Part shown: positions 46,985-55,679 of the stretch, piece after piece
Numbering within the stretch: the stretch's first letter is position 1
How the letters are laid out: each line of letters opens with the position of its first letter
Source: a virus
Lineage: Duplodnaviria > Caudoviricetes
Direction: 5' to 3' (one strand)
Length of the DNA: 64,000 nt
Virus record (IMG/VR): IMGVR_UViG_3300023170_004399
Coordinates: 192,001-256,000 of that record
The notes under the pieces: generated by a model
Told to the model about the DNA's origin: nothing
Databases searched by the model: none
What the model saw: only the letters and a program-made list of their open reading frames with translations
Position numbers and translations under genes: made by a program

Positions 46985-47446
46985 ATGAAAGAAAAATTGT
47001 GGGATCCACCTAATTTGTATAATTGGGAAGCACCATTAATTCAAGAACGTTATTTTCCTGATAGATGGAAAATGTTAGTCTGCTGTATATTGTTAAATTT
47101 AACTAACATAAAACAAGTAAGACCAATGATAGATGATTTATTTAAATTAGCTCCTGATCCTTTATCAATGATAGAAGCTGATGAAGATACATTGATCAAA
47201 TTGTTAAAGCCTTTAGGATTAGCTGAAAAAAGATGTAAAACTCTAAAAAAGTTTTCAGCTCAGTTTCTTAATTCTAATTGGTCTAAAGCAAAAGATTTGT
47301 ATGGCATAGGGAAATATGGAGATGATTCTGATCAGATATTTTATTTAGGTAATTGGAGGTCTGTTGTACCCAAAGATGGCGCATTAATTAGATATCTAGA
47401 ATATTTAGTGAAACATTATGATCAAGAACAATATAATATGAAATGA
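46985..47446 (+). CDS. MBD4-like HhH-GPD mismatch DNA glycosylase
   Basis: WKMLVCCILLNLT, LKPLGL..KR, LYGIGKYGDDS..IF, D..L..Y as in the MBD4 glycosylase domain. Confidence 0.82.
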   Translation: MKEKLWDPPNLYNWEAPLIQERYFPDRWKMLVCCILLNLTNIKQVRPMIDDLFKLAPDPLSMIEADEDTLIKLLKPLGLAEKRCKTLKKFSAQFLNSNWSKAKDLYGIGKYGDDSDQIFYLGNWRSVVPKDGALIRYLEYLVKHYDQEQYNMK

Positions 47447-47502
47447 TCAGAGGCTTTTGTGCTAGCGTCGAGGGGGTGATTTTTTACGCTGGTGCCTCTG
47501 AT
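47446..47502 (+). other. extended intergenic hairpin (possible terminator or small RNA)
   Basis: ATCAGAGGC(47446-54)/GCCTCTGAT(47494-502) outer stem, inner CTAGCGT/ACGCTGG, G.U-rich apex. Confidence 0.55.
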
Positions 47503-47541
47503 TTTATTAAAACAAGATATAATTAAAATAAGGAGAAAATT

Positions 47542-48180
47542 ATGACAAGTTATGCATTAGTTGCTGGTGCTTTTAAGCCACCACATTTGGGCCATGTAGC
47601 AATGGTTAACCATTATTTAAAATACGCGGATGAGGTAAAGGTTATTATTTCTGACCCTAAATCTGAAAAAACTCAAAGATATATTGGGTCTAAAGCAATT
47701 ACAGCTCAAGATTCTAAAGCATGCTGGGACCTAATGTTAGACAGTAAATACGTTACGGTGGTTGTTTCTAATTTGCCATCGCCAGTGTCTGTTGTATATG
47801 ATTCTGTGATGCCTGATACTACTCCATTTGTTGCGGGTGACGAGGTATATGTTGGTGTATCATCGAAAGGTAACGATGCGAAAAGATATGCTAGAATACA
47901 AGGAAAAGCCGCTAGTGGTGTTATTGTAAAAGACCCAGTAAAATATGCTTCTCCAGCTGTTAGACTTCCGGAAGCATTTGCAAAGCTAGTAAAAAAATGT
48001 CCATATTATGCAAATATACCTTCAATAAAGAAAGGCATTGACATTATGGAATATAGTGCAAGTGACTTGAGATTTTTTATAGAAATATCAGACAAGTGTG
48101 CTATAGCTAAAAAATGCATTGGCTTTTATGTTGGGAAAAGTAATGTAGAAAAATATATTCAAATATTAAAAGGAGCATAA
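47542..48180 (+). CDS. HIGH-motif nucleotidyltransferase (cytidylyltransferase/NMNAT-like)
   Basis: LVAGAFKPPHLGH; C-terminal YSASDLR. Confidence 0.75.
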   Translation: MTSYALVAGAFKPPHLGHVAMVNHYLKYADEVKVIISDPKSEKTQRYIGSKAITAQDSKACWDLMLDSKYVTVVVSNLPSPVSVVYDSVMPDTTPFVAGDEVYVGVSSKGNDAKRYARIQGKAASGVIVKDPVKYASPAVRLPEAFAKLVKKCPYYANIPSIKKGIDIMEYSASDLRFFIEISDKCAIAKKCIGFYVGKSNVEKYIQILKGA

Positions 48181-48181
48181 G

Positions 48182-49126
48182 ATGAGTAATATGAAATTAA
48201 TAATGGAAAGCTGGAGAAAATTTCTTCTTAGAGAACAACAAGACTTTAAAGTCTTGTCTGTTGAAGAATATGACAATTTGTCAAAAGAACAACAGTTAGA
48301 ATATTTAAAATCTATAAAATTTGGTAATATGAAAAACGCATCGGGCAATAAATTTGCTAAAGTTTTCTCCGGAGGCTATATAACTCTTAAACCTGATGGA
48401 CTATCTAATCTTGCAAGAACTAAACATAAATTTACAAGGCAGGAATACGAAGAAGTTAGAAGACCACGTTTAAAAGGCCCTAAAGGAGAAGTCCAAGTAG
48501 CTCTTGGATTTCGGAAGCCTTTACCAGGTCAATCAAAGATACCATCTTGGTTGCCATGGCTCAAAAAAATATTAGCAGGATCGGATCCAAAAAACATCGA
48601 TGCAACAGGAACGTTAATAAAAAAAGAATGGAAAAAGCATGCTGACATGTCTTTTTTTAACCAGTGGGTCTGGGTACATGGGTTTCAAAAACCAGAATAT
48701 CTTCGTGCTTTTATAGAAGGAAATGTTGTTGAACCAGAAGATGAAGTATCTGTTATTGGGTACCCAAAATCCGGTGTAGTTGATCGTACGTGGGGTGATG
48801 TTGGAATTATTGTAGAAGGTGATTTGGTCTATGCTTTCGGTGGCGACGGGCAAACTGATAATTTCGCAGGGAAAAAAAGAGGAGAAGGGGTAAAAGACGT
48901 AAAATTTACAGGGAAACCTGAATTATTGATAACAAATCAAGAGAATTTTTCTCATTACGGTCGAGAGTCAATGCATGAAGCTATTATAGATAACTGGTCT
49001 ATTAAAGGTTTTGTCATGACTGAATATAGTTGGAATTCTTTGCCAGATGTGTACAAACAATTAATAATAAAATTTTCGGATAGATACCCGGTTTATGATA
49101 AAGACTTTAAAGAGATAAAGGTATAA
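48182..49126 (+). CDS. leader-bearing protein, possible ADP-ribosyltransferase-like fold (paralog of 38892)
   Basis: Leader MKLIMESWRKFLLRE; WVH...DEVSV...GIIVEG...HEAIIDNW. Confidence 0.6.
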   Translation: MSNMKLIMESWRKFLLREQQDFKVLSVEEYDNLSKEQQLEYLKSIKFGNMKNASGNKFAKVFSGGYITLKPDGLSNLARTKHKFTRQEYEEVRRPRLKGPKGEVQVALGFRKPLPGQSKIPSWLPWLKKILAGSDPKNIDATGTLIKKEWKKHADMSFFNQWVWVHGFQKPEYLRAFIEGNVVEPEDEVSVIGYPKSGVVDRTWGDVGIIVEGDLVYAFGGDGQTDNFAGKKRGEGVKDVKFTGKPELLITNQENFSHYGRESMHEAIIDNWSIKGFVMTEYSWNSLPDVYKQLIIKFSDRYPVYDKDFKEIKV

Positions 49127-49150
49127 GTAAAAATAAAATGGAGAAGTTAA

Positions 49151-50047
49151 ATGTTTGTTTGTTTGTTAAGTTGTACACAAGATGTAAGTATAATAAAAAG
49201 ATATGATGATACGCCCTATGATAGTGCTGTAGTTACAGATACACTAGATCCATGGGTTGAACCATCTGAACCTGGAAATACGGCATCACCCACATCAGAA
49301 CCTAGTTCGGGTGATTTAAGTAAAACTGTAGGATTTGCAGAATTACATTTTGCTCAAATAGCTTGTCCTGCATGCGTTGGTGTTTCTAGTGAGTTTGATA
49401 TATCAGCTAATCTCAAATTACATCAACCAACCAGTGGTGATTATACAGAATGGCTAACACCAGTAGGCACATGTAGTGGTCAATTAATTGAAAGTTATGT
49501 ATCATCTACGCCATTAGCCGCTACACAAAGCGCTACTTTTAATGATATAGTTTTAGATCCGGCTGGACCCGGCGAATGGCTGGAAGAAAACATATATGAG
49601 TTTCAAGTACCAAGAAGAACGATGCTTTCTATCACAACACAGCATGGATCAGCGCCAAATGCTTTTAAAACTCTAGAAGGGTTTGATAGTATAGAACCTT
49701 ATACGTTGTTATGGGTAGATCCATCTTATGCATTCGAAGCTCTTATATCAAAAAATTATCCAACACAATTTAGTTGGTACCCATCTGTATCTGGTGAAAT
49801 GTTTGAAATAATGGTAGCTGTATATTCCCCAGATGGTTCTCAACTTTTAGGTGTGGTCTCATGTATGGAATATGACACTGGCTCTATGTCGATACCTAAT
49901 TCTTATTTTCAGTCATACCCATATTGGTCATTAGCGGCTGTGTATTTAAGTAGACACAGTGTGCAGAAAGCTGAAGCACCTGAATTAGGTGGTATTATTG
50001 AATCACATCAAACATGGACTGTAATTGGTACAGGGCACGTAGAATGA
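49151..50047 (+). CDS. lipoprotein with Pro/Ser/Glu linker and beta-rich domain
   Basis: MFVCLLSC lipobox; EPSEPGNTASPTSEPSS linker. Confidence 0.65.
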   Translation: MFVCLLSCTQDVSIIKRYDDTPYDSAVVTDTLDPWVEPSEPGNTASPTSEPSSGDLSKTVGFAELHFAQIACPACVGVSSEFDISANLKLHQPTSGDYTEWLTPVGTCSGQLIESYVSSTPLAATQSATFNDIVLDPAGPGEWLEENIYEFQVPRRTMLSITTQHGSAPNAFKTLEGFDSIEPYTLLWVDPSYAFEALISKNYPTQFSWYPSVSGEMFEIMVAVYSPDGSQLLGVVSCMEYDTGSMSIPNSYFQSYPYWSLAAVYLSRHSVQKAEAPELGGIIESHQTWTVIGTGHVE

Positions 50048-50232
50048 AATTTAATCATTTAAAAGAAAAGCAAACAAATTATAAAAAACATTTTATACAA
50101 GCAATGTACTATTGTTATAATATTTTATTAGCTGCAATATATGTCTTTATTCATGCATTCTACCCGGACATATATACGGATGCAGCAAGTTCCAAACTTA
50201 AAAAAATACTCACTGAAATGGAGAAAAAATGA
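50044..50232 (+). CDS. small membrane protein (resembles DUF6356, from memory)
   Basis: HLKE...Y.KHF..AM...HAFYP. Confidence 0.6.
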   Translation: MKFNHLKEKQTNYKKHFIQAMYYCYNILLAAIYVFIHAFYPDIYTDAASSKLKKILTEMEKK

Positions 50233-50432
50233 ATGTTGGTGATTTAGTTAAATTAAATTTAGGTAGCCCATCCGGTCTAGGCCCTGCCATGCAGGATGAA
50301 TGGGGTTTTGGACTAGTAATTGGATTTGTTGAATCTAATATGCCAAACCATCTTCCATGGGTTAAGGTATACTGGGGCGCTTTAAATCATACTTCAAAAG
50401 GACCCACATCGTATTACAAGGTAATAAAATAA
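50229..50432 (+). CDS. small KOW/SH3-like protein
   Basis: MNVGDLVKL...GLVIG...VKVYW. Confidence 0.65.
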   Translation: MNVGDLVKLNLGSPSGLGPAMQDEWGFGLVIGFVESNMPNHLPWVKVYWGALNHTSKGPTSYYKVIK

Positions 50433-50489
50433 AAACTTTTTTAGCTGGTGTTAGCACCGTACTATATTTGCAATAATTGGAGGAAGTAA

Positions 50490-51068
50490 ATGAAAAAATA
50501 TGACATAATACTTGCGGATCCGCCGTGGCCGTATAATTCTAGAAGAATGGCACAAAACAATGGAACACATATTGCTGGTATTGAAGATGAATATGCGACA
50601 ATGTCGATGGAAGAAATGTGTTCTCTTCCAATCGGAAATGTAATGGCGAAAAATTGTGTTTTGTATCTTTGGGCGACAGGGCCTAAAATGCCTGAAGCGT
50701 TTCAATTAATGAAAGCTTGGGGCTTTAAGTATTCGACTATGGCATTTGTATGGGATAAACGAATCCCAAATCCCGGGTGGTATTCCTGTTCCCAAGTGGA
50801 GTATGTGTTGGTCGGGAAGAAAGGAAAGTGTCCTAAGAGAGCAAAGACAAATACTATGCAGTTTTTATCAGAAGCTAGGACAAAACACTCAAAAAAACCT
50901 GAGGCTATTCAAGATCGTATCGATGAACATTGGGTTGACTGTGAGAAGCTTGAGTTATTTGCAAGAAGATATCGTCCGGGGTGGGACTGCCTCGGTCTAG
51001 AATTGAATGGTACTATCCAAGATTTTCTTGCAGGAGTTCCTATGCCCTTAAGGAAGGTTATAAAATGA
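50490..51068 (+). CDS. MT-A70-family N6-adenine methyltransferase
   Basis: IILADPPW, YATMS, LYLWAT, AWGFKY, HSKKP, KLELFAR. Confidence 0.92.
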   Translation: MKKYDIILADPPWPYNSRRMAQNNGTHIAGIEDEYATMSMEEMCSLPIGNVMAKNCVLYLWATGPKMPEAFQLMKAWGFKYSTMAFVWDKRIPNPGWYSCSQVEYVLVGKKGKCPKRAKTNTMQFLSEARTKHSKKPEAIQDRIDEHWVDCEKLELFARRYRPGWDCLGLELNGTIQDFLAGVPMPLRKVIK

Positions 51069-51406
51069 AAACTTTTTTAGCGGGTGCTATTTTTGCAATT
51101 GCTCAAACCTTGGCATGGTTCCAGTCAAATTCTGGCATTATTGGCGGATGGATGGCACAAAATTATATATATGTTGCTTTATTATTTGGCCCAATTGTCT
51201 CAGTTATGTTTGCTGTTGCAACTAAGATGATGTATGAACAAGGTGTCACTCTGTGGTCTATACGTTTTTTAACTTTCGGATTAGGTTATTTAGTGTTTAT
51301 ACCTTTGACTTGGCATTTTTTAGGTGAAGAAATTATAACAGTTAAAAATGTGCTTTCATTTTTTCTTTGTTTATCTTTGATATCAGTACAATTTTTTTTA
51401 AAATAG
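51065..51406 (+). CDS. four-TM membrane protein (SMR/DMT-like)
   Basis: Four hydrophobic helices, FLGEEI motif. Confidence 0.6.
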   Translation: MKTFLAGAIFAIAQTLAWFQSNSGIIGGWMAQNYIYVALLFGPIVSVMFAVATKMMYEQGVTLWSIRFLTFGLGYLVFIPLTWHFLGEEIITVKNVLSFFLCLSLISVQFFLK

Positions 51407-51413
51407 GTTTAAA

Positions 51414-52016
51414 ATGAGCAAATCAATGAGAATAATCGGATCAACTGCACATGGCGCTGAAGAAAGACAAGTTAGAGATTATTACGCAACAGATCCTCAA
51501 GCACTGTTTGATTTATTTTCAGCAGTAAAAAAAGATGAGGGAAACTCTTTTTGGAAAGGCAACAATATTTGGGAGCCTGCATGCGGAGATGGAAATTTAT
51601 CAAACGCGATGAGAGAATTAGGATATACAGTACATGAAACAGATATTCATGATTATGGTACCGGTCACAAAGTATTGGACTTTCTAGAATATGACAAGCC
51701 TGACGAGTGGAAAGGAAACATAGTTACTAATCCACCATATAATATTGGTAAAAAATTTATTGAAAAGGCATTAGAGAGTATTGGTGAAGGGTATAAGGCG
51801 GCATTTTTAATGCGTATTCAATTCCTAGAAAGCAAAGGTCGCCACGAGTTTTTCAAGAAATTTCCACCAAAATTTGTTTACGTGTTTTCTTCCCGTATCC
51901 GTATCTTTAAAAATAATGATCAGGTTAAATATAGTGGTGGTCAGCCGCTGTGTTATGCATGGTTAATTTGGGAAAAAGGATTTGAAGGTGACACAACACT
52001 CAGATGGATTAAGTAA
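51414..52016 (+). CDS. amino (N6A/N4C) DNA methyltransferase
   Basis: DYYATDP, IWEPACGDG (motif I), IVTNPPY (motif IV). Confidence 0.88.
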   Translation: MSKSMRIIGSTAHGAEERQVRDYYATDPQALFDLFSAVKKDEGNSFWKGNNIWEPACGDGNLSNAMRELGYTVHETDIHDYGTGHKVLDFLEYDKPDEWKGNIVTNPPYNIGKKFIEKALESIGEGYKAAFLMRIQFLESKGRHEFFKKFPPKFVYVFSSRIRIFKNNDQVKYSGGQPLCYAWLIWEKGFEGDTTLRWIK

Positions 52017-52024
52017 GGTGAATA

Positions 52025-52183
52025 ATGAAAGTAGGTGATTTAGTACAAATGTGGGATGAGCAAAGTTATGGAATTATAATAAGTCCTGCATATTGCAACA
52101 CCCGGTGGCATGTCCTTCTACAGTCCGGAAATATAGTTGAAAAACCTGAAATTTTAATGGAGTTAGTCAGTGAAGGCAGGTGA
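52025..52183 (+). CDS. small KOW/SH3-like protein (52 aa), not in ORF track
   Basis: MKVGDLVQMWDEQSYGIIISPAYCNTRWHVLLQSG... Confidence 0.6.
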   Translation: MKVGDLVQMWDEQSYGIIISPAYCNTRWHVLLQSGNIVEKPEILMELVSEGR

Positions 52184-52403
52184 CCTAGTATACATACAAC
52201 ATTATCCAGACCACGCAAACACGTGTAAATTTTCTGGCTGTCCTACTTGGAGACCAGCAGTTGGGTTATTAATAGAAAAGTTATACGAGCATGATGGAAG
52301 TCAGACAAGAGTTATCGTTTTGGTTGAAGGAAAAGAAAAGTGTTTTATGAATTATCATTTAAAACTTATGGAGACGCAAAATGAAGGTAGGCGATCTTGT
52401 TAA
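52170..52403 (+). CDS. small KOW/SH3-like protein
   Basis: MKAGDLVYI...VGLLIE...VIVLV. Confidence 0.65.
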   Translation: MKAGDLVYIQHYPDHANTCKFSGCPTWRPAVGLLIEKLYEHDGSQTRVIVLVEGKEKCFMNYHLKLMETQNEGRRSC

Positions 52404-52611
52404 AAGAAAAGTATCTGAAGGTTGTATAAATAGGATGTTAATAAAAACGTCTGGCAAGTATGGCTTAATTGTTAGTGTCAATAAATATGATCCTACATGT
52501 GTGATAGTTTATTGGGCATATTCAGGAAATTCATATTCTATAAGTAAATCATTTTTGGAGGTTGTAAATGAGTTGGGAACAAAGGATGAAAGATTGGAAT
52601 CACGTTGTTAA
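52381..52611 (+). CDS. small KOW/SH3-like protein
   Basis: MKVGDLVKR...YGLIV...VIVYW...FLEVV. Confidence 0.65.
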   Translation: MKVGDLVKRKVSEGCINRMLIKTSGKYGLIVSVNKYDPTCVIVYWAYSGNSYSISKSFLEVVNELGTKDERLESRC

Positions 52612-52816
52612 TGTTGGTGATTTAGTTAGGTGGACTGGTGAACAAGGTTGGAAACCGGTAAAAACTGGGTCTGTTGGCATAGTTTTAAAAATGGATCCGT
52701 GGAGAGTTGTAGATTTTGACGTACTTTTTGAAGATGGCAGTATAATGACATGTCACAAAAAAGATTTAGTAATTTTACAAAAAGGAGGTAACAATGACAC
52801 AAAAAAAGAAAAGTAA
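52586..52816 (+). CDS. small KOW/SH3-like protein
   Basis: VNVGDLVRW...VGIVL...FDVLF...DLVIL. Confidence 0.6.
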   Translation: MKDWNHVVNVGDLVRWTGEQGWKPVKTGSVGIVLKMDPWRVVDFDVLFEDGSIMTCHKKDLVILQKGGNNDTKKEK

Positions 52817-53129
52817 AAGTACAGGCGGAGGAGGGGTTGATTTAAAAGACAGGAATGAGGAGAAGTCTAAATTAACACCGCCAAAAAAATACAATGTAGT
52901 TTTTTATAATGATGACTATACCCCAATGGAATTTGTATGGTTAGTACTGATGATGGTGTTCGGACATAATGAGGCGACTGCATGGAAAATCATGATGGAC
53001 GTACATGAGAACGGTAAAGGAATAGCCGGTACATATAACAAAGAAATAGCAGCTATGAAAGTTAAAAAGTCAATGAGTTTAGCCAAAGAAAGTCAGCATC
53101 CACTTTTAGTACAAGCAGAGGAGGTATAA
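52794..53129 (+). CDS. clpS: ATP-dependent Clp protease adaptor
   Basis: PPKKYNVVFYNDDYTPMEFV, MMDVHENGKG. Confidence 0.93.
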   Translation: MTQKKKSKSTGGGGVDLKDRNEEKSKLTPPKKYNVVFYNDDYTPMEFVWLVLMMVFGHNEATAWKIMMDVHENGKGIAGTYNKEIAAMKVKKSMSLAKESQHPLLVQAEEV

Positions 53130-54010
53130 TGTATGAGTTACACGTGCATTTAGATGGTTCTATTAGACGCGAAACATTTTTAGAATTAGCTAAATATTAC
53201 AATATTGATGTCACATCAGATTTTGGTTTTAAAAAAGGCATGAGTTTGATTGATGCTTTAGGTATGTTCCATAAAACTGTGGCTGTCATGAAAGATATGA
53301 ATAATATCACTAGAATTACATCCGAGCTTTGTGACGATTTAAAAAATGACGGTGTTGAATATGCAGAGATAAGGTTTGCACCTCAGTTACACTCTAAAGA
53401 TATTACTAGTGTAATTAAAGCAGCACATGATGGTTTAAAATATGGCTACAATCTAATATTGTGTGGACTATATGGGGAACACCCATCTATTTTAGAAAAC
53501 TTGATTGACAAAGGAAAAGAATTCCAATCAGTTGTAGGTATTGATCTAGCAGGTGCACCTCAACCTAATCATAAATATGGACTGTTTGATTATAAAGATG
53601 CTTACAAAGAAGCTAAAAACCTGGGTTTCGGTAGGACAGCACATGTAGCTGAAGGCAGAAATTCTGTTGAAATATATCAAGCAGTTACTTATTTAGAAGT
53701 GCAGCGTATAGGACATGCTACAAGTGTGTTAGAAATACCATGGTTGATAGAGTTTCTTAGAGACAAAAAAATAACTATTGAGGCATGTGTAACCAGTAAT
53801 GTGCATACTGGAATATTCTTAAGTGAAGAAGACCATCCAATTAAGAAATGGATTGAGCTTGATATGCCAGTTGCTATATGTGCTGATAATACTTTGATGT
53901 CAAAAATAACTACTAGTCAGGAAATTCAGAAACTTAGAACTAAGTGTGGTTTAACTGACAAACATATTAAACATTGCATGAAGTCAGCTAGGGCAGCTAG
54001 ATTTTTTTAG
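53129..54010 (+). CDS. add: adenosine deaminase-family amidohydrolase
   Basis: ELHVHLDGS, YAEIRFAP, GIDLAG, AHVAEG, RIGHA, EACVTSN, ADNTLMS. Confidence 0.9.
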   Translation: MYELHVHLDGSIRRETFLELAKYYNIDVTSDFGFKKGMSLIDALGMFHKTVAVMKDMNNITRITSELCDDLKNDGVEYAEIRFAPQLHSKDITSVIKAAHDGLKYGYNLILCGLYGEHPSILENLIDKGKEFQSVVGIDLAGAPQPNHKYGLFDYKDAYKEAKNLGFGRTAHVAEGRNSVEIYQAVTYLEVQRIGHATSVLEIPWLIEFLRDKKITIEACVTSNVHTGIFLSEEDHPIKKWIELDMPVAICADNTLMSKITTSQEIQKLRTKCGLTDKHIKHCMKSARAARFF

Positions 54011-54018
54011 GAGTATAT

Positions 54019-54459
54019 ATGAAAAAAGAATTACAAGATGATTTATTTAAAAAGTATCCAAAGCTTTACAGACAAAAAGATGAGCCTTACACAAGATCAC
54101 TGATGTGTTTTGGCTTTGCGTGTGGTGACGGTTGGTATAATATATTAGATACCTTAAGTGCTGAAATTCAGGATCGTGTGGATTACATCAATGGTGAAGG
54201 TAAACATGCATATAGAAAGCAGTGGTTGCCTGAAGATCATGTTAACACAATAGTTGAAGCATGCCAGGTAAAAGAGAAATATGGGACACTAAGATTTTAC
54301 TATGATGGCAATGATGACTTTATAGAAGGATTGGTTTCATTTGCAGAATCATTATCAGCTAAGACTTGTGAAATATGTGGTCAACCTGGTGTTCTAGAAA
54401 CTAAAGGTTGGCATAAAGTTAGATGTAAAAAACATGAAGGCTTACCGTTAAAATATTAA
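54019..54459 (+). CDS. conserved phage hypothetical protein
   Basis: GFACGDGW, QVKEKYGTLRFY, CEICG motifs. Confidence 0.75.
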   Translation: MKKELQDDLFKKYPKLYRQKDEPYTRSLMCFGFACGDGWYNILDTLSAEIQDRVDYINGEGKHAYRKQWLPEDHVNTIVEACQVKEKYGTLRFYYDGNDDFIEGLVSFAESLSAKTCEICGQPGVLETKGWHKVRCKKHEGLPLKY

Positions 54460-54552
54460 AAAAGGAAAGGCTGTTTTGGTGTTTTATACAACAAAAGAAA
54501 AGGCTGTATAGTATATCATATTAGTTGTGATACTTCTTTATTGTTAGTTGTT

Positions 54553-54580
54553 AAGAGAGGGCATGTCCCTCTCTTTTTTT
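54553..54580 (+). terminator. rho-independent terminator
   Basis: AAGAGAGGG-CATGT-CCCTCTCTT followed by a T run. Confidence 0.8.
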
Positions 54581-54602
54581 AATTTGCGGCATAGTTATTA
54601 AT

Positions 54603-55034
54603 ATGTTTAGTAAAAATGATATTGTAGTAATATTAGGATCTACGAAAAAAGATGATTGTTATTCTAACTTTACTTTTAATCTGGCTACTGTAGTTGCTGT
54701 TGGAAAATATGATTTAGTTGTAAAAAACTTTAGTGGATTGTATAAATCTGATTTTGTTGTGTCGAAATCTGCTTGTCAGAAAATAGAGTTTAGTAAACTA
54801 AAAACACATTGTACAAAAAAAGAGCCAAAAATTAATGATTTAGTTTTATACACAAAGAGAAAATATAAATCATATAAAGAAGACGATTTACTTTTTATTG
54901 GTAACGGGATATTAATTGAAATAGAGGACAAGCCCGGTGAAAGTTTAATGTGTAAGATATTGAATGATAAAGAAACTATTACGGTTCCTATAAAAGATGT
55001 TGTTGTGTTGGAAGACGTACGTGGTAAAAGGTAA
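54603..55034 (+). CDS. tandem KOW/SH3-like protein
   Basis: FSKNDIVVI... and KINDLVLY... two similar modules. Confidence 0.6.
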   Translation: MFSKNDIVVILGSTKKDDCYSNFTFNLATVVAVGKYDLVVKNFSGLYKSDFVVSKSACQKIEFSKLKTHCTKKEPKINDLVLYTKRKYKSYKEDDLLFIGNGILIEIEDKPGESLMCKILNDKETITVPIKDVVVLEDVRGKR

Positions 55035-55221
55035 TACATATATTGTAATAGAAGATTATGGCATTTTAAAAAAAGGCATGAAGTTGTATTGTGTCTGTGA
55101 AAACAATGATCATTATCACATGCTTGCTGACAGACCATTGTTTGATAACAATGATGCGTATAACAACTATTTCGAAATAAAACTTTCTAAAAAATTAATG
55201 CACATATTGTCGTTAACATAA
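55021..55221 (+). CDS. hypothetical protein
   Basis: Probable GTG start after GGAAG. Confidence 0.45.
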   Translation: MVKGNTYIVIEDYGILKKGMKLYCVCENNDHYHMLADRPLFDNNDAYNNYFEIKLSKKLMHILSLT

Positions 55222-55280
55222 TCTATACAATTGCAAATAATTCAATATAATAATCTACTTACTTATTTATTGGAGATAAT

Positions 55281-55670
55281 ATGAGCGATTTAAGAGATTA
55301 TTTAATTAGAGTGCTGACGGAAGGTTTGATAGTTGATACTAAGTCACAAAATTTAGCTGCTGATTTATGTACGTATTTTGATAATCATAATACTGCAGAT
55401 CTAAAAACGTTTTATGGTAAAGGCAGTTCCACTATATATTTTGAGAATTCAAAAGGTGTAACTTATCTTGAATTAGCTTGTATTGATAATAGTATATTAG
55501 TATTTAAAACCCCTGCTTACGATGGTATATTAAGTCCACTAATGTCTGGAAAAATATTAATGGTTGTTATGTCATTCTTGGAAAACAATGATGATATAAA
55601 TTCTTATGATTTAGTAGGTGGTTTGGCAAATAAAAAAGAAAAAAATGAAGTAGATTTTGGTATTGTATAA
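55281..55670 (+). CDS. hypothetical protein
   Basis: GGAG RBS; a partial TTGCAA promoter-like element lies at 55231. Confidence 0.65.
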   Translation: MSDLRDYLIRVLTEGLIVDTKSQNLAADLCTYFDNHNTADLKTFYGKGSSTIYFENSKGVTYLELACIDNSILVFKTPAYDGILSPLMSGKILMVVMSFLENNDDINSYDLVGGLANKKEKNEVDFGIV

Positions 55671-55679
55671 GGAGAAAAC

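Noticed and set aside
47444-47502. Selenocysteine recoding (TGA followed by a hairpin)
   Set aside because: Readthrough meets another TGA after 10 codons and the glycosylase domain is already complete
54460-54552. Duplicated AAAGGCTGT (54466, 54499) before the terminator as a mini-array
   Set aside because: Only two 9-nt copies; too short to support CRISPR or operator calls
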